Source: Patescibacteria group bacterium
GTDB lineage: Bacteria > Patescibacteriota > Patescibacteriia > 2-12-FULL-60-25
Direction: 5' to 3'
Length of the DNA stretch: 64,000 nucleotides
NCBI GenBank assembly: GCA_023229665.1
Contig: JALNYW010000002.1
Coordinates: forward strand, 92,988-156,987
This document shows, in pieces, positions 63,025 to 64,000 of this stretch. The stretch's first letter is position 1, and each line of letters opens with the position of its first letter. A program made the translations under genes and the position numbers. The notes beneath the pieces are model-generated. The model searched no databases. It worked only from the letters and a program-made list of their open reading frames with translations, and had not been told where the DNA came from.

Positions 63025-64000
63025 ATGACGAAGAATCTCTGGATGATGGTCGCGAGCGCGACCCTGGCTCTCTCCCTCGCTTCGACGGCGCAGGCGCAGG
63101 ACTCGTGTCCGGCGCACGCGCACCTCCGGGCGGAGGTTCGTGCCTGCGGCGCGAGCGGCGCGGACTTCGACTGCACGTGCGTCTGTGACGCGGGCTACAG
63201 CCCGCGTGACGGCGGCGTCCCGTCGGCGTCCAACCCCTGCGAGCGCAACGAGCCCTCCTGGGGCTCGTACAGCGATCCGCTGTGCGCCTTCGGCGCGGAG
63301 CGGGGCGCGAACGGCGAGTGCATGTGCCCTGCGTCCCTCGGGTCGCGGCGCGCGCGTTCGCTCGTGATCGTCACGCGTGACTTCGCCGAGTCGATCGCGG
63401 ACCAGATCGAGAACTTCGACTCGGTCCGTCGCGGTCGTGGCGTCGTGGCCCTGCAGGCCTGCATCGATCCGCTGGCAACGGCGGGTGCGGACGGGTCTGC
63501 TCAGGCGCTGCTGGTCGATGCGATCGACCAGCGCACGCGCATCCTCTGCGGTTCCGCGGAGGGAGCGAGCGACGAGCAGGTGCTCGCCGATTGCCGCGCG
63601 ACGCGCGAGCTGATCGAGAGCATCCGCGGCATGCGTGCCGGCCAGGTCACGATCCACCACGGTGATCGCGACTACACGGTGCAGGAGTTCGTCGATAGCG
63701 TGCTGGTCCCTCTCTTCGGAGAGATCCAGTCGCGACTCGCCGCGCTCGAGGCACAGGTCGGTGATCACGAGGAGCGGCTCGACGAGCTCGAGCCTCGCGT
63801 CGCGGCGCTCGAGGCGCGTCCTGCGCCTTCGCCCGATGCGTCGGGTTCCGACGGTCGCAATTCGTTCACCCTCGCGGTGGGCGCGTTCGGCCTCGTCGGC
63901 ATCCACACGGCAGGTCCCATGACGGGAGCGGGCGGGCTGTCGCTCGCCCTGCACTACCGTCCGGACCTCGCGCCGCTCGACATCTACGCGCGAGCGGGGA
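63025..64000 (+). CDS. secreted Cys-rich protein, partial (runs off the window end)
   Basis: Hand translation is open from ATG 63025 to the end of the window. ATAGGAGG SD. Signal peptide MTKNLWMMVASATLALSLASTAQA. Many Cys residues in the first ~100 aa. Coiled-coil LAALEAQVGDHEERLDELEPRVAALEA. Missed by the ORF track because there is no stop codon in the window. Confidence 0.6.
   Translation, partial: MTKNLWMMVASATLALSLASTAQAQDSCPAHAHLRAEVRACGASGADFDCTCVCDAGYSPRDGGVPSASNPCERNEPSWGSYSDPLCAFGAERGANGECMCPASLGSRRARSLVIVTRDFAESIADQIENFDSVRRGRGVVALQACIDPLATAGADGSAQALLVDAIDQRTRILCGSAEGASDEQVLADCRATRELIESIRGMRAGQVTIHHGDRDYTVQEFVDSVLVPLFGEIQSRLAALEAQVGDHEERLDELEPRVAALEARPAPSPDASGSDGRNSFTLAVGAFGLVGIHTAGPMTGAGGLSLALHYRPDLAPLDIYARAG

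Noticed and set aside
63001-63954. 317-aa minus-strand ORF at the window end
   Set aside because: The plus-strand frame from ATG 63025 is open to the window end and has an SD and a signal peptide. The minus-strand ORF is an Arg-rich shadow.
1-64000. Mobile elements, diversity-generating retroelements (DGRs), retrons, integron cassettes, prophage or known defence systems
   Set aside because: I looked for transposase, integrase, reverse transcriptase, recombinase and phage structural signatures in all listed ORFs and found none. Class B genes are in both orientations and lack attC-like repeats, so they are not an integron array. Template/variable repeat pairs were not detectable by eye.

Overview
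64-kb chromosomal window from a small-genome-style bacterium. The gene content (GT4 + DUF4012 surface cluster, ThrRS without a TGS domain, many genes lacking a Shine-Dalgarno (SD) sequence or nearly leaderless) is reminiscent of Patescibacteria/CPR, but taxonomy cannot be proven from sequence alone. I call about 60 protein genes, 4 tRNAs (Arg-TCG, Phe-GAA, Gly-TCC, Pro-TGG), a tmRNA next to smpB, and two promoter-plus-terminator-bounded candidate ncRNAs that I could not assign to a family. Recognisable housekeeping genes: purB, ABC-F ATPase, Fe/Mn SOD, cca, hflX, gpsA, rnc, nusB, rpmF, ndk, Nramp transporter, purM, RlmI-like methyltransferase, purL, thrS, AI-2E transporter, smpB-ssrA-infC-rpmI-rplT. 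No transposase, integrase, reverse transcriptase, CRISPR array or recognisable phage or defence gene was seen. The most striking signal is a gene-scale mosaic. About 20 ORFs have very high GC3, strong AGGAGG-type SD sites, and mostly a TTGAC(A/G)-type -35 box and a hairpin terminator of their own. They sit singly or in pairs among ~53-58% GC housekeeping genes that lack SD sites and often have extended -10 promoters 7-12 nt from the ATG. This high-GC class holds all three purine de novo genes, a PRTase with a duplicated C-terminal module, a RelA/SpoT-like nucleotidyltransferase ORF, an NDT/LOG-like ORF, and several Cys-rich lipoproteins and tiny membrane proteins. Other notable items: an ECF sigma factor translationally coupled to a membrane-anchored, thioester-less alpha-2-macroglobulin-like giant and a Memo-like lipoprotein; a T-box-like antiterminator/terminator leader before thrS; an unannotated 54-aa membrane peptide gene; a perfect 36-bp x3 in-frame repeat; a 66-nt hairpin built from CAAGTAN heptamers; and a ~325-nt structured leader at the window end. 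All functional calls come from motif recognition by eye; no database search was run.
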